The translations under genes and the position numbers were made by a program. Of a DNA stretch of 64,000 bases, positions 38,163 through 48,671 are shown in pieces. Under the pieces are notes generated by a model that worked only from the letters and a program-made list of their open reading frames with translations, was not told where the DNA came from and searched no databases. Source of the DNA: Promethearchaeota archaeon (lineage in GTDB: Archaea > Asgardarchaeota > Hermodarchaeia > Hermodarchaeales > Hermodarchaeaceae); NCBI GenBank assembly GCA_048939625.1, contig JBHLPH010000005.1:46972-110971 (forward strand), written 5' to 3'. Each line of letters begins with the position of its first letter. The first letter of the stretch is position 1.

Positions 38163-40097
38163 CTATCCTATTTTTGTGGAGAAGCTACGTGCATGTAGCC
38201 AGCGGGTTTCCATTATGGTTCGAAGTAGTTCTACGTGATCTTCATGGCTTGAAGAGATTCCGATGACATTGGCAACGCCTTTTGAGGTATTCCCAAGGAT
38301 GATTTGTTCAGAATCATGAATGACACCCCAAATATCTCCGCGGGGGTCATGACGGATTTGGAAATTAGAGTGTTTGTCCGCGATGCGTTGGAGGCTTTGA
38401 ACTGCTTTTGAAGCAGGTGTGTCAGCTACAACGATTCGAACGCGAACCTCTCGAGGAATCATTCGGAGGAGTTTTATTTTGAGTCGGATTGAACGAGGAA
38501 GAATAATGAAAAGTTGACTTCTTGCCCGGGCGATTTGACTCGCCATTTGGGATTGGAAGTCTTTTTCTCCAGCCACAAATTGGTAAAGGTCGAAGGCTGT
38601 GGGTTCTGATTCTTTTGAACGACGCCAGAACTGATTCACACTTTGGGTGGCTAGAGACAGATTCCCTTCTGCTTCCTGTAATAAAGAAGTAATTTGGGCG
38701 TTGGTTGCTTGGATATATTCGTTCCGCCACTCTGTGAATGTCTTAGGGATATCATGAGTGATTTTCGTTAAATGGCGTTCACTTTGAACAACCATTTGGT
38801 CCAATAGTGGAGAAAATTCCTGGCTTCGGATTTGGTCGAGAATATCAGGAACTTCCGCTAACTGAGCATCTAATTCTCGTGCTTGCAAACTAACCTTTTT
38901 TACTGAATCTTCGAGTCCATCGGCAAATTGCTGTTGGAAGGTATAGGTAAGTTCTGCTAACCGATCTGCAAGGTTAGTAGAAGCTTTTTGATTGCGTTGA
39001 ATCACTTCGCTAAAGGCTATGTTCAAGGCATTTTGGACCCATGCAGCAAGTTGTTCACGGAGCTTCTCAAATTCTTGATGTGCCGCCTTAGCTACTTCTT
39101 CAAATCGTTCTTGGGCTTCTTGTAAGAGGTCTTGAATGGCTTCAGTTAACGAAACCTGGAAATTTGATTTCAGATGTTTGATCGCAGTCATAATATGGTC
39201 TTGAGCAAAATTCTCAATGACGCCTTTGAATGCTCCCAACCGATATTTCGTTTCCATAAGATCCCCAAGGGAAGCTTCGAGGATACTTATCTCCTGTTCG
39301 AAATCAGCAAGGTGCTCTTCAACGATAGATGGGGTAACGTTCCAGAGCTCAACAAGTGTTTCACGGAATTCATCAAGTTCATGAAGTCGAAAGGATTGTT
39401 CCCGCATATCGGAGAGGGATATATTGACGATATCAAAAACGTCGTTTTTCAGTTTATTTAGCACATTGATGAAAGCGTCGATAGATTCGAAGTCGTTGAG
39501 TTGATTCCGCGTTTCCATCATTCGTTCATCGACTTCAGCGAGAAGTTGCGTTTGTAGGTTTGTGGCAAAGCTTTCAAAGGAGGGGGCGGTTTGGATAGCG
39601 TGAACTTTTCCACGAAACCTTTCAAAGGCTGTGTCAAGTGATTTATCGATGTTAGTTCGTAGGGTTTCAAGCTGATAGGGTAGAGTGTCCACCTCTTTCT
39701 TGACTTTTACATCGAGGCCTGGGATACCTGATTCAAGGCGGTTAGGAAAATCCGTTTGAAGCTGTCGAAGGAGAGCGCGGACCCGGGTGAGTGCCATTAG
39801 AACTGCTTCGATGGGAGCCACTGCCTCATAAGTTTCATCTGGATTTCTTCGGACTAATCCACAGGTCTGCAATTCTGAAAGGTACTGATCTGCTTTCTTT
39901 ACCGATAAGCCATGCTGCTCTTCAATCTCGGCTTTAAGATAAGGACTCGGCTCAGCGGCTAATTCATAATATAAACTGACCGCAGCTGGAGAAATATGTA
40001 AAAGATCAGCTAGGGACGACTGTTTGTTTGGTTTAGACTCACGCTGTCCATTTGCCTCCATGGAATAACCCCGCAATGGTGTGAAGGAAGCCCTCAC
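38163..40097 (-). CDS. TrmB-like regulator with very long central helical/coiled-coil insert
   Basis: N-terminal HTH (YLSELQTCGLV...YEAVAP), about 400-aa heptad-rich region, C-terminal PLD-fold-like sensor (RSQLFIILP, VRVRIV, HDSEQIILG). Confidence 0.7.
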   Translation of the reverse strand: MRASFTPLRGYSMEANGQRESKPNKQSSLADLLHISPAAVSLYYELAAEPSPYLKAEIEEQHGLSVKKADQYLSELQTCGLVRRNPDETYEAVAPIEAVLMALTRVRALLRQLQTDFPNRLESGIPGLDVKVKKEVDTLPYQLETLRTNIDKSLDTAFERFRGKVHAIQTAPSFESFATNLQTQLLAEVDERMMETRNQLNDFESIDAFINVLNKLKNDVFDIVNISLSDMREQSFRLHELDEFRETLVELWNVTPSIVEEHLADFEQEISILEASLGDLMETKYRLGAFKGVIENFAQDHIMTAIKHLKSNFQVSLTEAIQDLLQEAQERFEEVAKAAHQEFEKLREQLAAWVQNALNIAFSEVIQRNQKASTNLADRLAELTYTFQQQFADGLEDSVKKVSLQARELDAQLAEVPDILDQIRSQEFSPLLDQMVVQSERHLTKITHDIPKTFTEWRNEYIQATNAQITSLLQEAEGNLSLATQSVNQFWRRSKESEPTAFDLYQFVAGEKDFQSQMASQIARARSQLFIILPRSIRLKIKLLRMIPREVRVRIVVADTPASKAVQSLQRIADKHSNFQIRHDPRGDIWGVIHDSEQIILGNTSKGVANVIGISSSHEDHVELLRTIMETRWLHARSFSTKIG

Positions 40098-40296
40098 TGG
40101 TCTTCATCTCTGAGTAACTCCTAATTATTCCTTCCCCTCTTTGGTTTCCCTTATAAACGGAGCCTAAGTTTCTTCGTAGTGCGTTCAAAAGGGAAAAAAA
40201 TAGGCAAGTTGAATTACCATTAGACATTTTAACACATCAATCTTGTTACCGAAGGAGCTTGTGTAACACTATAAATTACAAGTTTGAGTGAGAACG

Positions 40297-41370
40297 ATGT
40301 CATCCGAATCAAAGTTTTCAAACTATCTTCTCAAAAAGTCGGATCTTCCCACTTTTGTAAATAAGTTGTCAAAGATTCTCACTATTTATGGTCCAGTGGC
40401 AACTCGTTCTCAATTCAAGTTTGATTGCATTACTGATGGCGACCAACTCCGACTCGATTATGACACGACGATTTTACCACCCAAGAAGTATTTCTATCCA
40501 CCCAAACAGGAAACCCTTAAATTTACACGTCGCCCCAAGCTCGAGATTCATGATACCCTTCAAGATTCACCAGACCAAGATGAATGGAATGGGAAAAAGT
40601 TCTTGGTTTTTGGTGTACACTCCTGTGATTTAGCCGCTATCAGTTTTCATGACGCAATTCTGACTCAAATTTTTACAGATCCATATCGAACAAAACGCCG
40701 ACAGGAGGGCATTATTTTTGGCCTGAGTTGTATAAAACCATGTCAAGATTCATTTTGCGTCTCTGCCGGATCTCTCACTTCAACAGATTGTGCTGATATA
40801 ATGATTACACCATTCAGGCAATGGTATCACTTTGCAATCCAAACTGAATTGGGTCTAAAGCTCATTGAATATGCCAAAGAGCTCTTCTCAAAGTCCCAAC
40901 CTGCCCAAGAAAAAGAGCTCACCAAAGTCCTAAAAGACCGTGAATCACACTTTCCGAATCCTATCAGTAATTTCGAGAAAATGCCCGACCAACTCGATGC
41001 CACATATGAAGGCGAGATGTGGACACGATATGGACGCCGGTGTTTTGGTTGTGGGTCCTGCACAATGGTCTGTCCCACCTGTTTTTGTTTCGACGTCCAT
41101 GATGAGGTTGATCTCAACCTCAAGGATGGGGCCCGGATTCGAACCTGGGATTCCTGCCAGCTAGTCGATTTTGCCTTGGTTGCAGGGGGGCATAATTTCC
41201 GACCAACTTTACCATCAAGGGTGCGATTTCGAATCTATCATAAGTTCCGAACGGAACCAGACCAGATTAACCAAATTGGATGCGTTGGTTGTGGAAGATG
41301 CACTCGCACCTGTCCAGCTGATATTGATATGGTTGAATTATTATCTGATATTCAAAAAGGAGGAAACTAG
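40297..41370 (+). CDS. hydB: Group 3b-type [NiFe] hydrogenase beta (Fe-S) subunit
   Basis: PPKKYFYPP, GVHSCD, CFGCGSCTMVCPTCFC, WDSC, CVGCGRCTRTCP. Confidence 0.9.
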   Translation: MSSESKFSNYLLKKSDLPTFVNKLSKILTIYGPVATRSQFKFDCITDGDQLRLDYDTTILPPKKYFYPPKQETLKFTRRPKLEIHDTLQDSPDQDEWNGKKFLVFGVHSCDLAAISFHDAILTQIFTDPYRTKRRQEGIIFGLSCIKPCQDSFCVSAGSLTSTDCADIMITPFRQWYHFAIQTELGLKLIEYAKELFSKSQPAQEKELTKVLKDRESHFPNPISNFEKMPDQLDATYEGEMWTRYGRRCFGCGSCTMVCPTCFCFDVHDEVDLNLKDGARIRTWDSCQLVDFALVAGGHNFRPTLPSRVRFRIYHKFRTEPDQINQIGCVGCGRCTRTCPADIDMVELLSDIQKGGN

Positions 41371-42228
41371 ATGCAAATTCCAAAACCCGCTAAATCAGCA
41401 GAAAATCCCTATCAATATAACTTGGCCGAGTTAATACAAACTGAAGATCAAACCCCAGATACCAAGTTGTATACCTTCAGGTACCTTAACACAAAACAAC
41501 AAGAGGAATTTTCGTTCACCGCAGGTCAGTATATGCTACTATCGATCTTTGGGTTTGGTGAAGCCCCCTTTGGTGTCTGTTCATCTCCAAACAAAACTAA
41601 CGATATTCAGTTAACAATCAGGAACGTAGGTCACCTGACAAATGCCTTAGATAAACTACCTGTTGGTTCACATGTGGGATTACGCGGACCATACGGTAAT
41701 GGTTGGCCTATGGATGAGTTATTGGGCAAAGATGTCGTCCTTATCACGGGTGGAATGGGTCTTGTTCCATTGCGCCCTGTCATTTTAGAGATCCTTGAAA
41801 ACCGAGACAATTTTGGAAAGTTACAGATACTTTATGGTGCCCGCTGTCCTGAAGAGCTATTGTATAAAGATGAACTCTACCTTTGGGAAAATCGACGAGA
41901 TGTCGAATATGTTGCCACGGTTGATCGGGATGACGAACACTGCTGGGCGGGAAATATTGGAGTTGTAACCACACTCTTTGATAGGTTGACAATTTCTGCC
42001 AAGAACGCAATCGCCTGTATATGTGGTCCACCAATCATGTACCGATTTGTGATTCGAGATCTGCATAATTTGCACTTCTCAGATGAACAAATCTACCTCT
42101 CGTTAGAACGTCGAATGAAATGTGGGGTCGGTCACTGTAGCCATTGCATCGTCGGAACTAAATTTGTGTGCCAAGATGGTCCAGTCTTTCGATATGACGA
42201 GGCAAAGACACTACGAGGTGCCGTCTAA
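41371..42228 (+). CDS. hydG: Group 3b-type hydrogenase gamma (FAD/NAD(P)-binding) subunit
   Basis: GQY, GEAPF, RGPYGNG, GGMGLVP, CGPPIM, MKCGVGHCSHC, CQDGPVF. Confidence 0.9.
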   Translation: MQIPKPAKSAENPYQYNLAELIQTEDQTPDTKLYTFRYLNTKQQEEFSFTAGQYMLLSIFGFGEAPFGVCSSPNKTNDIQLTIRNVGHLTNALDKLPVGSHVGLRGPYGNGWPMDELLGKDVVLITGGMGLVPLRPVILEILENRDNFGKLQILYGARCPEELLYKDELYLWENRRDVEYVATVDRDDEHCWAGNIGVVTTLFDRLTISAKNAIACICGPPIMYRFVIRDLHNLHFSDEQIYLSLERRMKCGVGHCSHCIVGTKFVCQDGPVFRYDEAKTLRGAV

Positions 42229-42244
42229 AGAAGGTGAAACCAGA

Positions 42245-43039
42245 GTGACAGAAAATACCGAGAAACCAGTAGTGGCGTTTTTTGGACTGACCTGCTGTGC
42301 AGGATGCCAGCTAGAAATTCTCAACCAAGAAGATCGATTACTCGATATTCTCGGCGCCATTAACTTAGTTCAGTTTCGGATGGGTAGCTCTGCCACACAT
42401 CCAGGTCCTTATGATGTCTGCTTTATCGAAGGATCCGTGACCAATGAGGATGAACTAACCAAACTCAAGGAACTCCGCGAAAAGTCCAATGTGCTTGTAG
42501 CTATGGGTGCATGTGCGACAACAGGTGGCGTAAATGCCATGCGAAATGGTCGCAATATTGAGGAGTTAAAACAGAACGTCTATACAGATGCATCGCATGT
42601 AAAAACTCTACCCAATATTTTGCCCTTGAGAGAATATGTGAAAATCGATTACGAGCTGCAAGGCTGTCCAATAAATGGAGTCGAGTTTCTTGAAATGCTC
42701 AGCGCATTACTGACTGGTGGAAATCCACGGCAAAAGAATTATTCCGTTTGTGTTGAGTGTCGATTAAAAGAAAATGAATGTCTGATGAAGCAGGGGAAAC
42801 TCTGTCTTGGTCCAATAACACGTGCAGGGTGTGGTGCCCTTTGTCCAAGTGTCAATTTTCCCTGTGAAGGATGTTGGGGTCCTGTACCGCAGGCCAACGT
42901 GGACTCAGAAATCGACATGTTTTCCGCAAAGGGAGCTAGCTTCGATACAGTGGTTCGGAAATTCCGAATGTTTAATGCGGCTTCTGAGGATTTTGTCAAA
43001 GAATTGCGAAAGAGGTTGAATATTGAATGGCTAAAGTAA
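42245..43039 (+). CDS. hydD: Group 3b-type hydrogenase delta (small) subunit
   Basis: TCCAGC, EGSV, GACATTGG, GCP, VCVEC, CLGPITRAGCGALCP, CEGC; GTG start after AGGTGA. Confidence 0.9.
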   Translation: MTENTEKPVVAFFGLTCCAGCQLEILNQEDRLLDILGAINLVQFRMGSSATHPGPYDVCFIEGSVTNEDELTKLKELREKSNVLVAMGACATTGGVNAMRNGRNIEELKQNVYTDASHVKTLPNILPLREYVKIDYELQGCPINGVEFLEMLSALLTGGNPRQKNYSVCVECRLKENECLMKQGKLCLGPITRAGCGALCPSVNFPCEGCWGPVPQANVDSEIDMFSAKGASFDTVVRKFRMFNAASEDFVKELRKRLNIEWLK

Positions 43040-44304
43040 CATTTGAACTCAAGCACGTTGCTCGTGTCGAAGGACATGGCAATCTCTTTGTTGAGACTCA
43101 AAAGGGAAAAGCACCACGAATCGAAATGCAAATCACAGAAGGAACCCGCCTCTTTGAATCCTTTCTACGTGGCCACACCTATGATGAAGTCTCACATATC
43201 ATGTCCAGGATCTGTGGTATATGCAGTCAATCCCACGCGGTTGCCGCCCTTCGAGGCGTTGAAGCCGCCATGCAAATCGAACCTTCCAAAGAAACCATAG
43301 CCCTTCGAAAACTCATGTTGATTGGAGATATGCTTGAAAGCCATGCACTACATATCAACTTCCTAGCTCTTCCTGACTACTTGGGAGCGCGAAACGTAGT
43401 AGAACTCCTTCCCAAATACCAGAATGAAGTTAGTCGCGCTTTGCAACTAAAGAAACTCGGGAACGATTTAATGGCATTAGTTGGTGGACGACATACACAC
43501 GCCCTCTGTGCCGTTATTGGCGGATTCACCCAAGTCCCTACCAAGAACCAGCTAGACAGTATGCATCAACGATTACGCGCAGCGATTCCTGAAGCAAAAG
43601 CACAAATCGAATTGCTAGCATCATTTACGGAGCCACAGCTTATACACCAGAGCCAGTATCTGGCGCTAAAACACCCCAACGAATTTCCTCTTCATGATGG
43701 AACCCTTACAACGGATACAGGATTGGCAGTTCCTGAGGTTGATTACGCATCCCTTATCACCGAGCACAACGTTCCCTATGCACATGCAAAATTCAGTGAA
43801 ATCCAAGGTAAACCGTACTTTGTTGGATCCTTACCTCGATTAAACATTGCAGCCAATCAGCTTCTCGATGAAGCTAAAGCAATGATACATCAAATCGGAT
43901 TCAAAGTTCCTAGCTATGATACTTTCCATAATAATCTCGCACAAGCCATCGAATATCTACACTATATTGAATATGCAAGCGAGATTATTGACTCACTTTC
44001 TGATCGTCCATTGAAAGCAGAAACTGTCGATTATAAAGTTAGAACCGGTTCAAGTGCTGCAGCAGTTGAAGCACCACGGGGCCTATTGATTCATGAGTAT
44101 TCCATCGATGAGAAAGGAAAAGTAATCGGTGCGAATGTCATCACCCCAACCGCGATGAATTATACTAATATCGAATCTGATGTCAAGGCTTTGTTACCTC
44201 AGCTAAAAGGGAAATCCTCCAAAGAGTCGGAATTGCAATTGAATATGCTCATTCGAGCCTATGACCCCTGTATATCGTGTTCCGTTCATTACATCCAAAT
44301 TTAA
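43027..44304 (+). CDS. hydA: Group 3b-type [NiFe] hydrogenase alpha (large) subunit
   Basis: RVEGHG, L1 RICGIC, EAPRG, L2 DPCISCSVH plus 4-aa extension. Confidence 0.93.
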   Translation: MAKVTFELKHVARVEGHGNLFVETQKGKAPRIEMQITEGTRLFESFLRGHTYDEVSHIMSRICGICSQSHAVAALRGVEAAMQIEPSKETIALRKLMLIGDMLESHALHINFLALPDYLGARNVVELLPKYQNEVSRALQLKKLGNDLMALVGGRHTHALCAVIGGFTQVPTKNQLDSMHQRLRAAIPEAKAQIELLASFTEPQLIHQSQYLALKHPNEFPLHDGTLTTDTGLAVPEVDYASLITEHNVPYAHAKFSEIQGKPYFVGSLPRLNIAANQLLDEAKAMIHQIGFKVPSYDTFHNNLAQAIEYLHYIEYASEIIDSLSDRPLKAETVDYKVRTGSSAAAVEAPRGLLIHEYSIDEKGKVIGANVITPTAMNYTNIESDVKALLPQLKGKSSKESELQLNMLIRAYDPCISCSVHYIQI

Positions 44305-44330
44305 TAATCTCTAGCTAGCACTTCTTACAG

Positions 44331-45704
44331 CTAGCCCTTTTTCTGTTTCATTCGCTCATACCGGAGTGCAAGTATTTGCGCCGCCATGGTAAAAGGTTCA
44401 CGAATAGGCGCAACAGGTGGCGCATAACAGGTTTCGAGATTAGCGACATCGCGAATAGTCATCTTCGCTGATATCGCGGTACTCAAAACGTTAGCCCGTT
44501 GATGGGCACAGGGACCGATGATTTGCCCAGCAAGTAAACGTCCTGTTTCCTTATTAGCCAATAGCTTGACAGTAACCTCTTCTTCACTTGGATAATATTC
44601 AGCTGTTCGACTTCCCTTGAATTTTCCAGCAAGAAAGGGAAGCCCTACTTTTTCTGCAACTATTCGAGTTGGTCCAACCGCAGCAATTTCTAAACCAAAG
44701 AGATGGGTGGTTCGGGCAAGTACAACACCCTCTAATTCTGCCTTTCCCCCAGCGGCATTAATTCCTGCGACTTCCCCTTGACGTAAAGCGATGCTTCCCA
44801 ATCCTGACACCACAGTTTGTCCAGTAACTAAATCGAGATGTTCAGCACAATCACCCGCGGCATAGATCTCAGGAAAGTTTGTTTGCATCGCCTTGTTTAC
44901 AAGAATTCCACCTCTTCCTCCAAGTTGGATACCTGCTTCTTGAGCCAATTTGGTGTTTGCTCGAACGCCAGTTGCAACCACGATAATATCAGCAGGGATT
45001 TTCGCTTCAGTATTTGTTTCACGATCTGTGACAAGCACATGGCTCTTGGTGACTTTCTTCGCAGCTGTACCTAGTTTGACTGTTATCCCTTCTGCTTCCA
45101 TCCTTTCTTTGACCAAAGCACCCATTTCGTCATCAATCATAGCAGGCAAAACTTGGGGAAGGAACTCGATAACAGTAATTTTTAGTCCCAAAGTGTGTAA
45201 TGCTTCCGCTGTTTCAAGCCCAACGAGACCAGCACCAATTATCGCAGCCGTTTGTCCTGACTTGGCCACCGATTGAAGTTTCTTAGCGTCATTAAAGGTG
45301 TGAAGACGGTACACATGATGTGCATCTAGCCCATCAATAGGAGGCGTACTGACGTGAGCTCCAGTGGCCAACACCAAGGTATCAAATGATAATGAGTCAC
45401 TGGATCCATCAGGGTTTGTTAGGGTTATGCTTTTCTTTTTCGGATCCAACTTTGATGCCTTGGTATTTAGTCGTAAATCAGCTCGAACCAAATTTCCAGT
45501 GTAGAAAGCTTCCGGATGGATGATAACATTCTCTGTGTGAGGAATCGCTCGATTAACAGTATAGGGAAGACCACAACGACTGTATTCAGGAAACGATTCA
45601 TCTTGGAGAATCGTGATTGTAGCATCTCGGCTAGTCTTTCGTGCCATTAGGGTGGCAGCCGCTCCAGCTGTACCACATCCAATTACAATGATTTGTCGGG
45701 TCAT
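44331..45704 (-). CDS. CoA-disulfide reductase / NADH oxidase family flavoprotein
   Basis: GCGTAG, YSRCGLPY redox Cys, GAGLVG, AAGDC, CYAPP. Confidence 0.9.
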   Translation of the reverse strand: MTRQIIVIGCGTAGAAATLMARKTSRDATITILQDESFPEYSRCGLPYTVNRAIPHTENVIIHPEAFYTGNLVRADLRLNTKASKLDPKKKSITLTNPDGSSDSLSFDTLVLATGAHVSTPPIDGLDAHHVYRLHTFNDAKKLQSVAKSGQTAAIIGAGLVGLETAEALHTLGLKITVIEFLPQVLPAMIDDEMGALVKERMEAEGITVKLGTAAKKVTKSHVLVTDRETNTEAKIPADIIVVATGVRANTKLAQEAGIQLGGRGGILVNKAMQTNFPEIYAAGDCAEHLDLVTGQTVVSGLGSIALRQGEVAGINAAGGKAELEGVVLARTTHLFGLEIAAVGPTRIVAEKVGLPFLAGKFKGSRTAEYYPSEEEVTVKLLANKETGRLLAGQIIGPCAHQRANVLSTAISAKMTIRDVANLETCYAPPVAPIREPFTMAAQILALRYERMKQKKG

Positions 45705-45835
45705 AGGTGTTCATTTCCAAAGAATTGTATAACCTAACCATGGGGAAGACCTTAGCCAAAAAGATTATACTTTGCCCCTTCGATGTGTCAATTACGCGGC
45801 AAGTGTATCATCCAGCATGCGGGTCGGGTGGTAGC

Positions 45836-47443
45836 GTGGCGATTACAAAGGTTGCGGCATTCATTCAGGGTCCCTCCGAAGCTATGAAAGATGGTTTCTC
45901 ATCAACACCCGAAGCAGATTTGGTCACAGCACTAATGTTCTTAAACAAGCAAATTCGAGATCCAACCACCTTTTCCTATTTTTCCCAAGTCTATTTACCC
46001 TTCTTTTTAGTCCATGCATTGCCTGGTCGCAGTTTGATTATTAGCGGTGTAGGCGAACCAACTATTTCAGTACGCCATTCATCGATACCCTCACTTGTTC
46101 AGATGCGAGCTGACCTCCGAAATGTAGAAAGAATTGAACTTGTCCCCAAGCTTTTAGGGGAATTTATTCAGACCTTTGAGACCCCAGCAACCGAGTTAAT
46201 TGTGATCCGAAATGCCATGATGCCTACGATGATTGATCCGCTTCGTGTCCTAGTGGATGAAGGAATTCCTCCACCTGGAGATGAAGTCTGTTTACCATCG
46301 CGCCTATCATCGAAGGAAATTCATGATGTAGGGATTCTTTTCAGAAATGAAAGGGCACGCCTCGATGCGAATCTCTCCCAACTTAGCCAAGCAGAAAGAC
46401 TGGTTGACGAGTTTGTTGAGGAGAACATTCGTCTTCTTGATGCCCGTCGGGACCGAATGTCCCATGGAGCCTCTCTTCGATGGGAAGCCCGGCAAGTTGA
46501 AAGTGAACCAAAACCTTCTTTTTTTGGTGACGAACCAACCGCCGAGTTGGATAAAGAAAAAGAACGGATTTCTAGTGAACTTGCGGAAGTAGTTAGTCGG
46601 TTGGCAAATACTCTGGGATTGTCTACAGAGCAATGTCGCCGTCTTGTAAGTTCGATCAAAGCAAAACCAACAGAAGTGGAATGGCATATCGCAAATGTAA
46701 AAACCCGATTAGTTGAGCTAGAAAATACTGCCAGTGTTTTTCAGCTTTCAATTCAGCAAGCTCTGACAGAATTGGATGAAAAAACCGAAGAATTACGAGA
46801 GGCTCGAACTCGATATCAATGGGATCAGGAACAGTCACGACTTGAACCTGACCAGTCATCAATTCCGCCTCCTTTTCCAAGTGGTACCTTGGTATATTCG
46901 GAATCTATGCCACCCGATGTGGCAGAGTCCGCACAGTTATCCGAGTTGAATATGATTCGTGAAGCGATAATCAAGTTACATGCTGCAGTCAAGGATTCCA
47001 TACAGAATTTAAAAAATCGTGTTGAAAAGGAACACCGACGATTTGAAGCCATCAGCGCGCCAGCTGACACGCTGCAAGGGTACTTACCACTCATGCAGGT
47101 CGTAGTACCGATTTTTGTAGTTAAGATAGGACAAGGTGACGGTCAATATGGGGTGATTCCTCCCCTGAAGGTGGAAAGGGTAATGGGAGCTCAATCCAAG
47201 GTGCGCCTTTTTAACGAAGTCTTCGGAGAACAACTAATTCAGTTGATGCGAACAGAAATTCGATCTAACCGCGCCTTCCAACGTCAATTGGACGAGATTG
47301 CTATGCGAGCGAATTGGGTCAAACGACCTTTCAGTTCTGAACATCTCCAACGTGGGACACGGCAACTGGCTAATTATGCTTTGATGACGTATGAGATGCG
47401 AGAGCAACTTGCCTCCTTTTGGTCAAAAATACTGATGATGTGA
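45836..47443 (+). CDS. Hypothetical coiled-coil protein with globular N- and C-termini
   Basis: Long ORF; VYLPFFLV and VVVPIFVV flank heptad-rich helices; start uncertain (GTG 45836 or upstream). Confidence 0.75.
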   Translation: MAITKVAAFIQGPSEAMKDGFSSTPEADLVTALMFLNKQIRDPTTFSYFSQVYLPFFLVHALPGRSLIISGVGEPTISVRHSSIPSLVQMRADLRNVERIELVPKLLGEFIQTFETPATELIVIRNAMMPTMIDPLRVLVDEGIPPPGDEVCLPSRLSSKEIHDVGILFRNERARLDANLSQLSQAERLVDEFVEENIRLLDARRDRMSHGASLRWEARQVESEPKPSFFGDEPTAELDKEKERISSELAEVVSRLANTLGLSTEQCRRLVSSIKAKPTEVEWHIANVKTRLVELENTASVFQLSIQQALTELDEKTEELREARTRYQWDQEQSRLEPDQSSIPPPFPSGTLVYSESMPPDVAESAQLSELNMIREAIIKLHAAVKDSIQNLKNRVEKEHRRFEAISAPADTLQGYLPLMQVVVPIFVVKIGQGDGQYGVIPPLKVERVMGAQSKVRLFNEVFGEQLIQLMRTEIRSNRAFQRQLDEIAMRANWVKRPFSSEHLQRGTRQLANYALMTYEMREQLASFWSKILMM

Positions 47444-47448
47444 AGAAG

Positions 47449-48480
47449 CTAGTTTTGTGTCCAACTGTCAAGACTTTGCTGCCTCTGTCCCTGCTTAGCT
47501 TTGAGCAGACGATCTACGACATTGGAGACCCGGGTTTCAGAAAAACCACGTTCATGGCAGAGGAAGGTGATTAAACCTTCCTTATCGATTGATTTCGTCG
47601 TAATATCGTAATCGTCGGTAATGGGGTGATCGAGGAAGATGCGTCGAATTTTATGATAGTTTGGTGGGAGTTGTTCGAGGATCTTGCTTGGTAGATTGTC
47701 AAGGCTGTTATTTTCCTTAATAAGTTTCAGGGCAGTCTTTGGACCGACTTGGGGAACACCTTCATTGAAATCCGTACCGATGAGAAGAGCCATATCTACG
47801 AGTTGTTCTCGATTTATCCTGTTATCAGCAAGGACTTTGTGCAAGTCGATGAGTTCGGGTTCAAGAGGTACACTAGTCCCTTTGCTAGGAAGTCGTTTTC
47901 GTCCTGTTAATGTCAGATAACGGAGGAGGCGAGGAGTTCCAAAGAGAAGGGTATCATAATCTCGACTAGCAGTAGCCCAAGCATCACCTCGTTGTACCAT
48001 GTAAGCAGCTTGGGCTTCTCCTTCGCCTGGGGCTTGCACATAAGGGATACCTAAGTAGGTGAGAACTTTTTGGGCTTCTTCAGCCATTGGGCGAGTAAGA
48101 CGCCCAGTTCCTACTGCCTTAGACCAAGCTGTCTTCATATCACCCTTTGCTACGGCTTCCTTATACTCCCGTTCGGCTCGCTTCCGTTGTTCCCGTCGCT
48201 TGGTTATCTCATCAGATTTCAAATCTGGGGGTTTTCCATCAAAAACGAAGATGAGCTTCATATCATATTCAGTAATCAGCCGTGTCGTTCGATATAAGAG
48301 GCCAACAAGATGAGAAGTAACTCGTCCTTCCCGATCTTTAAGTGGAATTCCATCGGGAGTTCGAATTAAAGCAAGAAATTGATGAAGCTGGTTGGCTGCA
48401 TCGACGGCAAATGATCGACCTCGTAACTCTTCCAGTGTTAATATTTCAGGGGTTATGAGAGGCGCTAATTTTACACCCAA
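47449..48480 (-). CDS. fen: Flap endonuclease 1
   Basis: MGV start, FVFDG, EGEAQAA, SRDYD, GTDFN, GPKTA, PIP box QQSLDSW. Confidence 0.96.
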   Translation of the reverse strand: MGVKLAPLITPEILTLEELRGRSFAVDAANQLHQFLALIRTPDGIPLKDREGRVTSHLVGLLYRTTRLITEYDMKLIFVFDGKPPDLKSDEITKRREQRKRAEREYKEAVAKGDMKTAWSKAVGTGRLTRPMAEEAQKVLTYLGIPYVQAPGEGEAQAAYMVQRGDAWATASRDYDTLLFGTPRLLRYLTLTGRKRLPSKGTSVPLEPELIDLHKVLADNRINREQLVDMALLIGTDFNEGVPQVGPKTALKLIKENNSLDNLPSKILEQLPPNYHKIRRIFLDHPITDDYDITTKSIDKEGLITFLCHERGFSETRVSNVVDRLLKAKQGQRQQSLDSWTQN

Positions 48481-48671
48481 CAGATATGGCCTCCAAGGTT
48501 AAACAACATTCCTTTACAGCTTCACTCCATAACCCATACACCATAAAGGTTACGCCAACCGTCCCGGTTTCATTTTTTTGCATTTAATACCCTGTATAGA
48601 AGATTAATCTCAGCTTTACTAAAAGATAAAAAAAGGAGAGGAACGACCAGTAAGCCAGTGGCTTTGGTCGT

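Noticed and set aside
44260-44304. Possible [NiFeSe] hydrogenase
   Set aside because: The L2 motif is DPCISC with Cys codons and no TGA
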